Positions 1 to 12,464 of a DNA stretch of 64,000 nucleotides are shown here, one piece after another (position 1 is the stretch's first letter; every line of letters begins with the position of its first letter). The DNA comes from Schmidtea polychroa (lineage: Eukaryota): NCBI GenBank assembly GCA_044892525.1, contig CM097887.1:31992001-32056000 (forward strand), written 5' to 3'. A program made the position numbers and the translations under genes. The notes under the pieces were generated by a model that was not told the DNA's origin, ran no database searches, and saw only the letters and a list, made by a program, of their open reading frames with translations.

Positions 1-2276
1 TTAAAAATATTATTTTTCAATCCGATATTAATCACATTAACTTTGATACTGTTTTGACACATGTGAGAGTTGAACAGGTACCGAAAATAACAAAAATATA
101 GACCCTATCGATGTCACTTTCAAAAAGAAATTGAAAAGTGGCTGATATATCACAAACTTATCAAATTTATTTCAATACATTTTTAATTTTCATATGATAA
201 AAATTATAAACAGCTAAACAGCTTAATCTAAACAAAATCTGAATGAAATTCAATAAAACTTAACTTTAACTAAGTTTTTAACTTTAACTAAAATATCAAC
301 TTTAGTCCTTATCATTCCTTAATATATAAAACTTGGGCCAGATGGATAATTTTATTAGCATATTTTCATATAAAAATATGAATAATTACATTACAAACCG
401 TATAAAAAACAACGAATTATGATAATAAAAAAACTAATAATTGAATTCCTAAGAATCAAGATAACCATATGTTATTGATTATTTATCAATTAAAACAAAA
501 TTTAATTATTTTTTTTAATAATCAAAAAATGAGAAAAATAGAAATTTAGTTAATTGAATTATAGAAGAATTTAAGATAAAAGTAATTTCTTAAAAGAGAT
601 GGAACATAACATAAAAATCCTTTGAATACAAATAACAGATTTATATCAGTGATAAATGCACAATTTAGATTAATCTACACACAAATATAACGGCGAGATA
701 AATACTTACATTAATTAAATAAAAAATAAATTAAAACTATTTAAACCAATAAATTTGCAAATATATAGAGAAATTTAACAATATTTTTTGGATTTAGATA
801 AGGTTGTTCCGGATTTTGTTTATCTATAGCAGTAGACTTCAACACCTAGCTTAATATATAATTATAATATAATGATAATATAAATGTTTGTTGTTGATTG
901 ATGATGTTTGCCGAATTCCCAAAGTGAAAAGAAATTCTTCAAGGATATTTATTTTATTTACAGAATATTTTAAATAAATATTAATATTTGAATCTTAGTT
1001 ATAATAATGTGGCTAATAGAGAATATTAAATAACGGATATTAATATATTTGCCAAGAAAATTTTAATTTTAATCTAATGAAGAATATTTGTTTTCAAATC
1101 GAAAATTTAAAAAATAAAATATTAGAAATCATAAAAGTCAATGATAACAGAGAAAATTAAAATGATAATTTACAAAATTATTATTACTAAATTTAGCAAA
1201 AACTCGTATAATTTGATAAAAAATTAATTTTAACAAATTTTTAATCTAATCAAAATTTTGTATATTTTTTGAAAAAACTTTGTTATCTATAATTTTTAGA
1301 AAATCTACGACTATGGCGGGTTGCAAGTGATGCTATTTCCCTTATTTTCAAAGATCTTGCAAATTTTGAGTATTCTTTAAAACGAAATAAGTACATCAAA
1401 ATTATACGCTAACACTTCGCACAAGTACATATATTTTATTTTTAACTATTGATGTTTGAATTGAAACATTTAATACTTCATCATAAACCTCATTATAAAT
1501 AATATGTACCTTTATTACTATTATTATCCTTAGAAACAAAAAATATTTCCAGAAATTATCTTCGAAAGATAAAATATAAACAAGTTATTAGTATAATTGT
1601 GCAAATATTTAATGAAACTTTTTCGACTATATAAAACTTTTAAAATGTTTATTTTGTATACAAGATTTTTTTAATCTTTAAAACCTTTTTAACACAGTCA
1701 TATATCGAATTGTTCAAACGTTTTCTATTATATTTAAATCAAGAGTACGGTGTCCAAAATGGAACTCCTTAATTGTTGTCTCCAACAAATCCTATAGTGT
1801 TCCTTGGTTTTTATATCCTGTAATGGTTTAAATAATAATTTCAAATGATATTTTGAGATAATTACATTTTATATTAATTTTTATTTAATAGTATTTATAT
1901 AGAATTTAGGGAAACGAATTTGTAATTAAAAATTTTATATTTGAATTTGACAAGGAGGTATTATTTTGGACTTTAATTAATATATTAACAACAAAATCAT
2001 TATGAAAATAGAACAGAAAAATGTTATTTTCTAATACAAATGAAGTTTATGTAAATGATGTGAGTGAAGATTTTTGATAAAAAGGAATTAAGATAATTAT
2101 TAAATGCTTCATTGTATGAATTCTGTGATGAGTTAAGAAGCAATTTATTATTTAAATACCTGAAAAAGACCGTGAAATTCATATTAAATAAATATATATT
2201 GTCTGAAAAAGAAATAATAGAATTCATAATGATACTAATAGACAAAGAATGAAAAAGATAAAGGATTTTACAGACA

Positions 2277-2522
2277 CTGCCCTCCTTATCAGATAGACCG
2301 TAACTGACAAAACTACAAAAATCGAGTTAGAGGCGTCAACTGTATGCAGTTGCAATTAACCTTCATTCTGCTTAGCGATAAGACCGTATCTAGTCCGATA
2401 TAATAACAAATATAAATGGATGATTGGTTTAGGTTAACTGGTTGGCAGAATTGAAAACACGTTTTGTTATTTATCTCCTAAGTGTATTTTTGCAGTTACG
2501 GTCTATTTGATAAGGAGGGCAG
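2277..2522. mobile_element. MITE with 30-bp terminal inverted repeats and apparent 4-bp TSD (GACA); superfamily unassigned
   Basis: Left end CTGCCCTCCTTATCAGATAGACCGTAACTG (2277-2306) matches the reverse complement of the right end (2493-2522) with 1 mismatch. GACA flanks both sides (2273-2276, 2523-2526). No ORF. Confidence 0.8.
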
Positions 2523-3320
2523 GACAGTGCTTATATTTGAATGTTTTAATTTCGAACGATATTCATCACATTTTGTGTTAGAACAGAATTCTGAATAAAA
2601 ATTAACATTTCTTTTAATCCAAAAATAGTGGCAGTTGTTTTTGAGATTATTCATTAAATATCTTTTAGTTGTTCATTTTTTCCGAAAAATAAATATTTGA
2701 GCGCTTAATTTGAAAAAGAGTGAATTTGCGATTGAAATAATTTTTATATTTATTTATTAACTGACAACAAATGTAATTTGATACAAATAAATTCTTAATC
2801 GTAACATATTTTCTCCGAAATTTCCTGAACCTAGAAGAAAACTTATGATAATTTTATTCGGGTTTCATGACCAATTTGACTTTTTTCATTACATTTCATT
2901 TGTTTTTATCTTTAAATTATCATTGTAAAATTAATTAAACTTAATTTTTCCTTTTCCTAGTTCATACGAATGTAAATTGATAGGATTTGATTTTATCAAA
3001 AATAATAATTTGGATTTTGAGTTATGTTTAAATATTGAACATTTTCAGAATTGTTTATATTGGAAAAATAAACATTTTAAACTCGTTTTGGGATTTTATA
3101 AATTTATAAATTTGTGATTATTGAAATTACCGGATATTTGCAAATTGTATATACGAGATATATTTTTAAAAATTAAATAAATTTAGAAATTGTTGAATAA
3201 TAATTAGTTTAAATGATATTTGAAAATAGAATGTTAAAATGTAATAGTATTAAAATTAAAATATATATTTTGATAAGACTTAATTTAAGCTATGTTCTCA
3301 ATATCACAAGTACGCCAGCT

Positions 3321-4590
3321 TATAGAATAGATTCTTCCAGTAGCCATATGCTTAACTCGGAGATAAGGCCGTAAATTTCTTAATAAACTGAAAAGGACTT
3401 TAAAACCGTAGACGGCTCGTTATAACAGCAATGGTCTGAGAGATTCTATCATTTTACCACTATAGCTAATATTTTTAAGAATGCCGTGACTCACATATTT
3501 ATTAGATCAATATCAACATTCAGGTATTTCGGTGAGTCTGAATAATTTATACTCATTATGTACGACCTTTATTTGAGCAATTTATTGAGCAAATAAATCA
3601 CTACAGTTAGAACAATATAGTCAATCTTAAGATTTATTATTCAAATAACATAATTATACAACTCTTTAAATAGAGTTTGCCTAATCACTAACTAATTTTA
3701 TTGGATTACGCAATGTACAATTTAGTTGATAGTTCATTCGTTCTTTGATCTTTCATGCAATAACTCCTACAATATTTGTGAGAAAATGGAAATCAGTGTT
3801 TTATTCTACAGGAGTCTGAAAATCTGCGACCGTATCCACGAAAAGCAACAGGCACCTAATTATCCTATACCGGTTCTGTGAGGTAGTGACAAAAAATAAC
3901 GAGATGGATACTAGTAGTTTTATAATTGAAAATAGAACATTTTAAATACTTTGTTAATTATCAATTGAAGGACAAAGCTGGTGCCAAAGGCTCAGAAATT
4001 CCAGCTCCAATATTAAATTAGTTGCTGTTAAAAACTCAGTTTAAATTAAGGAAATGTGTGGTTTTAAATATGTAATTGAAAGCAATATTTGTTTCTTCGA
4101 CGAGATGTATACCTTTGATGCTCTTTAATTTGTGTTGAAGATGAGTGACAAATTAACTTTAATAAAACTTCAAGTAAAAATGATAATTAGGTGATTATGA
4201 AAATAAACTTATATACAAAATATATACAAAATCTAGTAATCCTAAACTTCAAATTCCTTGTTTTGGCAATTCTTTAGTTAATGAAGGTGGGGAAAGTTCT
4301 TTGTTGACAATGTAAATAATTCTATTAAATCTTTGGGTTTTGATAATGTTACGCACAGGTAATGAATTAGTACACTTCAGGAATTGTGAAACATTTTCCT
4401 CCTATGAATTGTATAACGACATTGAAAATTACGTTAACATCCAAAGAAGACTGTTAAACGAATTGTCATTAGACCAAAAATTGTAAGTTATATGAATCAG
4501 ACCGATTTTGTTAACTTCTAAAATTTACCTGATGAAAATTTTATTTTTATAATACACTATCAATAACATCGGAATAAGTTTCATTTTTTT
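3321..4590 (+). pseudogene. Degenerate, internally deleted 18S (SSU) rRNA gene copy
   Basis: Colinear eukaryotic SSU landmarks: 5' end (GATTCTTCCAGTAGCCATATGCTT, 3330-3353), exact GAGGTAGTGACAAAAAATAAC (3880-3900), GGTGCC...AATTCCAGCTCCAATA (3980-4012), V4 GATGCTCTTTAATT...TAACTTTAATAAAA. The 530-loop GTGCCAGCAGCCGCGGTAA is corrupted to GTGCCAAAGGCTCAGAAA. The match is strong to about 4170 and weak after that; the 3' boundary is approximate. Confidence 0.8.
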
Positions 4591-6451
4591 CGACCGCCGC
4601 TTTCACAAAGAGCAAAATAAATAGCTTAGCATTTGATATATATTCCACTCGAATATGTCGCTCCTCGTGTTTTACAATATTTAAATAAGAGGGAATTCTA
4701 AGCATTTCACGAACTGGACAAGTGTGTTCAATAATTCATGGAATAAGCAGAATTGCATATCTCATAAATCGAACTAATTAATTATCTGTATGTAACAGAT
4801 ATACGCCAATTCCAAATTGAATCTACTATAAGCAGACAATTTGTTTGTCATTCTCATATGATATACTTTTAATTTTATATCGATGGGCAATGTACCAATG
4901 GGTAAATAACTTAAAGTGTGTGCAATTTTATTTGATTTCAATGAGTACAATTTGATTGCATTTGATTGTATACCACCGACAAGAGTAAATGTTTGTGTCA
5001 GACAGTGTACATATCTTTTCTGGTTATAGCAAATTGAATTTAGTACTAGTATATATATATATATATATATAATTTCTATATTTGTGTGATCGAATATTTG
5101 ATGATAGAATAGAAATATTATCACCGATACTGTTTGATGTTACCCGTTAGTATTATAATACATTAATAATAAGATAATATGATCAAAATTAAATAATTTA
5201 GATAAAATAATTTTTCTTTTCCAAAATGAAATCCATTATTGTTTGATGTTCCGCTCGTTATTGTGAAAGATTTTATTTTAGCAAGCAAAAATTAACTGCC
5301 TTCCGCATTCAATGAATACTTGAATCAAACTCAAGCAAATGTAGAATTATGTAAAAATTTTTGAACACAATGTTTTTATTTTATTTTAGTTCTCAACGAA
5401 TTCCATACCGGAGATGATTCCTCTACTCATATGGTTACGTTTTACGTGTTTTTTACACGTTTTTAATCAAATATCCCATCGCTGAGTTATTTCATTTGCG
5501 CTGATAAATCACATTCTCCTCGTAGATTTGCAAACTTTGACACGACATTCAAAGAAAAATGGAAAAGTAAATCATAGTAAATAATTAACATAGAATGAGA
5601 AAATATAAAATATAATTAACTGTTATTTATTTTGATTTTGTTTTCAAATTATTTCCAATTTTAAACTGACATTTTCAAAGTACAGATTTAAATATATTTT
5701 TCATTTTAATTTCAGTCGAGAATTTCGATTTTGTTTACGTCATGACTTGTAGAATATATAGCTGAATAAATATTGCTACGATAAAAAAAGATCGGCTTAA
5801 ATAGATGTAAAAGATAGAGGTAGGTTAACAGTAATAGATAAGCATACCTTTATAATATATGCTGTATATTGGTGGCCTGATTTAACATCGGTACTGCGTA
5901 CGGTATTTATGATGCTCAAGTTTGAAATGGAGTGTAGTAAATCTATTTTTGGAGATTCTGATTGGTCTTTATTCTGAAAATTAAGAAATTGCCAATAATT
6001 GATACGTTATTTAATAGAGAATTAAATTATTATGGAATTTTTAATCTAATACAAGTTTGTAAAAAAAACAATAGATAAATCATAATTTGTCAGCAATTAT
6101 TTTTCGATTTTTTTTACAAAACCATCCATATCTTGTCTTCGACTATAAATACCAAAAGAAGCAGGAGTAAACTTTGTCCCCAAGACATTAAGACATCACT
6201 TATTAAGTATGTGTACAAGTGTCATCTTATTTGCGTTTTTAATAATTGCGCATAGTTTAATTAGTATATAAATAAAAATGACCTAATATTTTCTTTTTAA
6301 TTTATTTTTTTAATACATTTTTAGTTTAGATAAATCTAATGTTGCGGAAATATATACTTCTGTTCTTGTTTTGTAACTTTAAAACGAAAAAAAACATACA
6401 TATTATGAACTTTTAGTAATTACACAAAAGTCCGATTAATAATGGCTAAAG

Positions 6452-6500
6452 CAGCAGTGGCCAACCTGCGGCCCGAGACGTTTGAAAATGCGGTACGCCA
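6452..6500 (+). mobile_element. Isolated hAT-type (Charlie/SPIN-like) terminus
   Basis: CAGCAGTGGCCAACCTGCGGCCCG resembles hAT Buster/SPIN terminal sequences. No partner end with a matching TSD was found. Confidence 0.5.
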
Positions 6501-6862
6501 AATGATTTGAATTTTACAAAAAAAATGCATTTAACTAATAAAATATAAAATACTAAAACTGCTCATAAAGTTTATATGCAATTTTGGTGTACACTTAATC
6601 CCGCTTAAATAAATAATAAGCTTATACAATAGTATGATTACGGGATTAAGTGTTTTAAAGGCACGAATATTGGTGATTAATTTTGATCTTATGAGAACTA
6701 GCACAGACCGGATTGGCCGAAATTAAGAAAACCACCATAACTCCCAATATATAAGTCAGAGAGTTTCTTGACTAACTCATTTGGAATAGTATTAATTGAA
6801 TAATAATATTAATATTATTGGTAATATCATAACTGTAGAGTCTACAAAAAAAATTATAGTCT

Positions 6863-7440
6863 ATGGCTGACAAGATCACTTTTGGTATAACGTCGAAAGG
6901 CAAGCAAAATTACTACACAAGCAATATGAATTCGTCATACATAGGGAGTGTACGAATGGGACAAATCATTGGCGTTGCAAACCTTACCAGAAAACCAGAT
7001 GTCGTGCACGTATTACTACCAAGAATGATGAACTTATACACGGTTGAGATTCTGAACACAATCACGACGGAAACAAGATGTCGCTGATATGAAAAACAAG
7101 ATGGGAGAAATTTCGGCAACATCTAAAGCTGTCATTGGAGAAGTAAGTACGCATCTTGATAGTGGCGTTACAAATTCATGCCTGCACCGGGTTCGATACA
7201 TCTACCACCGCCTCCGAAAGATATGACTTCCTGCGTTCATCAGCAGCTTCAAAATATGATTTTACATGATTCAGAATCTGGAAACGAAAGGTTGCTTATT
7301 CTCGGTCATAATGAACTATTGGATGGATTAGCGAAAAGTGGAACATTCGAGATAGTACCTACGATTTTTTTTTCAGTTGTACACCATACATTTCAAACTA
7401 GTGCCTGGAATCCCCATGGTCGCTACAGATGCAGAAAACG
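6863..7440 (+). pseudogene. Mutator-like (MULE) transposase pseudogene with FLYWCH-type zinc finger
   Basis: Across frameshifts: NHWRCKPYQKTRCRARITTKNDELIHG*DSEHNHD (W-R-C...C...HNH), then MILHDSESGNERLLILG and GTFEIVPTIFF-QLYTIHF (MULE 'DGTF..P..FYQLYTIH' motif). Confidence 0.8.
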
Positions 7441-7675
7441 CGTGTCTATCTGCGTGTCTATCTGCGTGTCATGGTTTACCTGTCACACATTTAACTTTTT
7501 AAATTTATAGTTCTCTATTTTACTTTACATTTAACTTGCAGACTTCTGATTACCTTTTATTAAATTGCGTTAAATACATTTGTTATATTTTCTTATTTCA
7601 GTCTTCTCTGTAGGAGGAATTAAGTGTTACTAAGTCGCAATTTTTTATTTTACATAAGTAATACTCATAAATATA

Positions 7676-7937
7676 CGGCGTGTGATCAAAAGATACGGTG
7701 AATGAATTTTTACAGCAGCAACTGCTGACGTTACATTCATTTGATAGCCTGATCCGTTGAGACGGGCAATGTCAAGTTTGAATATGTTTTGATTTATCAA
7801 TCAGCTGCCAGAGTCGCTAAAGTGAGGTTGTGTGGATTTCGAGGTTAAGTGCATTGAAGGAGATTAAATCAAATTTCATGTCAGCTCATTACTTTTTGTA
7901 ATAAAAATTATTCACCGTATTTTTTTATCACTCCTCG
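7676..7937. mobile_element. Tc1/mariner-type MITE (about 260 bp)
   Basis: Imperfect TIRs TA|CGGCGTGTGATCAAAAGATACGGTGAAT ... ATTCACCGTATTTTTTTATCACTCCTCG, resembling mariner termini. Confidence 0.65.
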
Positions 7938-8007
7938 CACATTTACATAAGTCCATTTATATATATTTTTCATATGCTCAACTTTTTGCATTTTGCATAT
8001 ATGTATT

Positions 8008-8512
8008 CAAATTTATCTCTTTTTATCATCAACCAATGAAAAGTTCCCAATTTACCCATATCTCATTTATACCTCCCGCCCGTTATATTTCTTAACGAAC
8101 CATTTTAGGCTTCACTAATTTAACTTGAAAACACTTTTTAAGCTTAGAAGAATCCAAATTTATCTCTTTTTAGCATCAACCAATGAAAAGTTCCCAATTT
8201 ACCCATATCCCATTTATACCTCCCGCCCGTTATATTTCTTAACGAACCATTTTAGGCTTCACTAATTTAACTTGAAAACACTTTTTAAGCTTAGAAGAAT
8301 CCAAATTTACCTCTTTTTAGCTTTAACCAATGAAAAGTGCTCAATTTATCTCTATCTTATTTCTACCTTCCTCATCATTTTATTTCTTAATGAACCATTT
8401 TAGGCTTCGTTATATTAACTTGAAAACACTTTTTAAGCTTAGAAGAATCCAAATTTATCTCTTTTTAGCATCAACAATTAAAAGGGTTCCTTTGACATCT
8501 CATTTTATCCCC
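8008..8512. repeat. Tandem repeat, 147-148-bp unit, about 3.4 copies
   Basis: Units start with CAAATTTA(T/C)CTCTTTT at 8008, 8155, 8302 and 8450. Copies 1 and 2 are nearly identical; copies 3 and 4 are more diverged. Confidence 0.95.
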
Positions 8513-8725
8513 TTGCATTTGATTACTTACCGATGAACTTCATGATTCGCTACAAATTTAGAAGCATTGTAAAAACGTATTTTTATAAATATAGTTCCTG
8601 TAATTTTGTGTTTCTGGGGTTGAGGGGTTGAGTAGAGGGGTTGGTGGGGCGGGGCGGGGGGCCCAATTAACAAAACAATCCTGTAAAATTCATTTTATTT
8701 TAACAATGTTAGTGATAGTTCTTAC

Positions 8726-9628
8726 TTTAAAACTGTTTATAGACAGACTTTCCGACAATGATACGCTGGAATTTCCGATTTTAATCGTATCGTCGAGGAA
8801 GAGCATTTCAATAATCGGTGTTTCCTTCTTTGTCATTTGTTTCGATAGACGTAATTCATGAACTTTTGTCACATATTCCTGAATGTCATCCTGATCTCTG
8901 ACAAGAAGTGCAATAACACTATTGAATATAATAGTTGGCGATTGGATGAGATCTAATAGAGGCACAAATACAGAGATCGAGAGCATTTCTGAGAGAAATT
9001 CACGCAATTCAGTGAGATTTACGTCTTCTTCGTCAAGCAATTTCGGTAGAATTTCGAAAATTGCAGATGAGAAATATTTCTCTTGATCGACTTCGGATAT
9101 CTTCTTCATTAGACTGCTATTTCTATTTCTCGCCATTCCAACTTTCAACCGAATTACAGTAAGAATCAAGTTGCTGTAATTTAATAATTTAAATTTTTCT
9201 GCTAAAACTTCGAGAATTTTAGATATTTTATAACGGCAGAGTATTTCAAAATTATTATTTGGTGATAAATAATTCCACCAAGATGAGATGTAGTTAAATA
9301 TTATGCATTCACGGATTTTTCGCAATCTTTTGGACATTTTAATTTCCCCATCTTTAATAATTGTATCGGGTAAACTTTGGTTATAAATATTGCTAGCAGT
9401 TTTAATTGCAAAACGTCTCACATCAATGTACAAATTATTTATTATAAATATTAATCCATTTTTCTTCACAATTAATGTAAAGATTGTTGTAAGAGAGAAT
9501 ATAAATGTCATAAAGCTAAGCACAAAAAATGTATGAATAACCGGAAAGCAATCTAAATAATATGCAATTACTAAAAGTCCACAGATGATATATGATATAT
9601 ATTTGGAAAATATCAGCCATTCCTTCAT
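8726..9628 (-). CDS. Sorting nexin of the SNX13/14/19/25 (Mdm1/Snazarus) type: N-terminal transmembrane helices + PXA domain; probably the first coding exon
   Basis: 312-aa ORF (8690-9628) with hydrophobic N-terminal segments, then PXA-like IRECIIFNYISSWWNYLSPNNNF and EILPKLL...LREFLSEMLSISVFVPLLDLIQSPTIIFNSVI. Acceptor TTTTAG lies just upstream of the ATG; a GTAAGA donor at 8725 gives a phase-0 exon end. The subfamily is not resolvable. Confidence 0.8.
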
Positions 9629-9835
9629 TGGCAGTCTAAAAATACAAAATTTTTATAGGAAATTAATTAAATTTAAAAATTTTTTATAACAAATATACTT
9701 TAATCAATTTTAAATAAAAATAACTTTTTTAAATATTTGAAATATCACTGATTATATATTTATTTCATTGTGATTAAACAAGGTTTCTTCAAATATTAAA
9801 ATGTATATATATATATATATTTAATAAAATTAATA

Positions 9836-10246
9836 CCCTAAGTTCTTGTCTATAAGCCGGACTCGTGCATAAACCGGTTTCTCTAAATCACATATATTAA
9901 AAAAATTTTTTTTATCTTAGATAAGCCGGACTCATGGATAAGCCGTAAAGTTTTTAAGTAATTTCGCGCATATTTATTGGACCTCAACGTGCGTAATGGC
10001 ATCCCGTTGATCTTTTACAGCAAGATAGTCTACAATCAGGAGAAGAATTTGATGGCTTTGATTAATCGAGAATTTAAATTAAAAGGAAAATTATTAGTGG
10101 GCAAATATTTTTTTAAAAATGCATAACCTTTTCATTTAATATATTTTGTGTATAAGCCGTACTTATGTATAAGCCGATACTGTTTTTATGAATGTCGGGT
10201 TGATTTTTTTTTAGATAAGCCGCGGCTTATAGACAAGAACTTAGGG
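9836..10246. mobile_element. pogo/Tigger-like non-autonomous element with TA TSD
   Basis: Perfect 24-bp TIRs CCCTAAGTTCTTGTCTATAAGCCG / CGGCTTATAGACAAGAACTTAGGG, TA on both sides, and internal ATAAGCCG repeats. An internal QDSLQSGEEFDGFD* (+) resembles a pogo transposase acidic C-terminus. Confidence 0.9.
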
Positions 10247-12464
10247 TAGTTGAAATGATTAAATCATTAGAAATTATTAATAAAATTAAAAATATATTTG
10301 AATATAAAAATAATTATTTCTTAATTTACAAGTACTTCTTTTTGAATTTTGTGTCATTTTCTTATAACGGAAAGCTAATTTCTTACACCAGAAACACAAA
10401 CTTAACAACAAAATAGTAATATAGTAATATAGTAACAATATAGTAATTATAAATAAAATATTAAGTACATATATAAATGGGTTTCAAAAACGCAGAAGGA
10501 AGAGTAAAAGATATTGTCTGTGTAAATCGATATTGATTATAAGCAATCGACAATTCAGAAAACACCAACTGTTCAGAGAGATTTTAGTATAAAATCTATT
10601 ACCTCTAAGAAAGAAATTGTAGCCTTGTGAATTAATGAAAATTTTTAACTAGGTTACTTTATCTATTTCATTTAAATTTTTATAAATCAATACACCTGAC
10701 CACAGATACCAACATTTCGGTTGATTTAGCTGTGCAGATAAAATATTAGAAGGGATAAATTAGGTAACGTTAGAACGATCTTGCAAATTTTTGGACTCTC
10801 CCTTCTTGATCCTGTATCATTAGATCAGAGCTGTGAACCAATTAGCCCCAGTTTGTGAGAACTTTAACTTAGGGTGGTTTGTATAACCTATTTCTAATCT
10901 TCATAATAGGGGCATTTTTGGGTATTTTATAATTTATTATTTGTGCATAAACCAATATATATTTTTAAACAAAAAAACTAGTGCTGTCTTAATAATTCAT
11001 ATTATCATATTTTAATTACTTACACGCCAGAGGGTTTATCTTTGGAGTCAGATAAAACAGTGTTCTGTGTTAAACGTCTTAGTTCACTAGATCGATCCTA
11101 ACACTTTCACTTTTCCAATTTTAGTTTATAAATAAACCCTCGACTTCCCTAATAGTCTATCTATTTTTAAATCTATACTTACTACTTACTAATGATTATC
11201 ATTTGTTTCATTAATTTTTGGTATTCATCTTATTTTTTAAATTTCCTTTTACTCCTACTTCTAGGAATTTTGGGACAGCATTCCCTTTATTTTTTTATCC
11301 ATTTCTTCTAAATCATTTTACGCATTTTAATCATTATTTTTTACTATTATTTAGGTATCCTCAACAATATTATGAAGTCTTTAAAGTTAAATAATTTACA
11401 TGTATTCTAATTATCAATATTGTAATTAATAATTAATAAACTAAGAATATAATAAATAACTTACCAAATTATTAATACCTAAGTAAACAAATATAACTTA
11501 ATTTTAATTGACATTTTAAAATTAAATTCAATATATACCAATTGTTTTAAATTATCATTGTTAATAAATATGTTAAATGTTTATTTTGAAACGCTTAAAG
11601 AAAGATATTAGATCGCACTCTGATGTAAATAATCTATTAATTGATTCCATAATAATTTTTGTTCAGACTGTTTTTAGAAATTTTGGCACGGTATTTAAAT
11701 TTCCACTTCAGATATATAATATCATCTACTTTATCATCAGTTGCTTGACAGGGGCAGGAATATTTATTGTAAGTATAATTGTTTACTTATTTTATTATAT
11801 ATTTTTTTAAACAAATACGTTATAATTTATATATATTTTCAATAAATATATAACAAACTTTTAATCATTGTTACTTAATTATGTATAATCAAATTCTGGA
11901 AAATCAATTAATGAGTTTGTAACTAAGAATATCAATCATACATAAACATCTATTCGATGAAATTTAAACATACATCATCCTCATTAATTTTGGACATTCG
12001 TGATAGAGGAGCAATATCAAAAAACACAATTTAATATGAACTGTTATAAATTCAATAAAAATTTTATTATTTCGAAAATATGTTCATTGAATTGCGATTA
12101 TATTATATATATTACGATTATATATACCTTTCAATTCTTGTTTTATCTTACCACGTATATTTAATGCAACACTAATACGTCTTTTTTTACATTTTGTGAA
12201 TTTATAGTAAAGTTCGGTTACGGAATTTGAAGTATAGGTTACAGTATTTCTAAAGCCAGATTCTGCAAAAACGATAACGGTCACGAGTTCAGTACAAGTT
12301 CTTTTTAATATAGCTGGATTTATACTTACCTAACTTTATCTTAAACATTTTTTGTTATATTATCCGATGTACTTTGCTCTTTTTTATTCGGAATGTGAAA
12401 TTTAGAACAAAAAATATTTAAATATTGTCGTGATGAATTTCCCGCAAATATTTGGTTATATAAA

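Noticed and set aside
820-1420. LRR-like words (SRLQHLA, YLNLSYNNV) on the plus strand
   Set aside because: Short, in different frames, stop-ridden, and easily produced by AT-rich sequence.
5931-5955. U2 snRNA-like words AGTGTAGTA and ATTTTTGGAG
   Set aside because: They are about 5 nt apart rather than about 60, and the U2 stem-loops are absent.
8008-8512. CRISPR-like array
   Set aside because: Contiguous tandem units without unique spacers, a eukaryotic context, and no cas genes.
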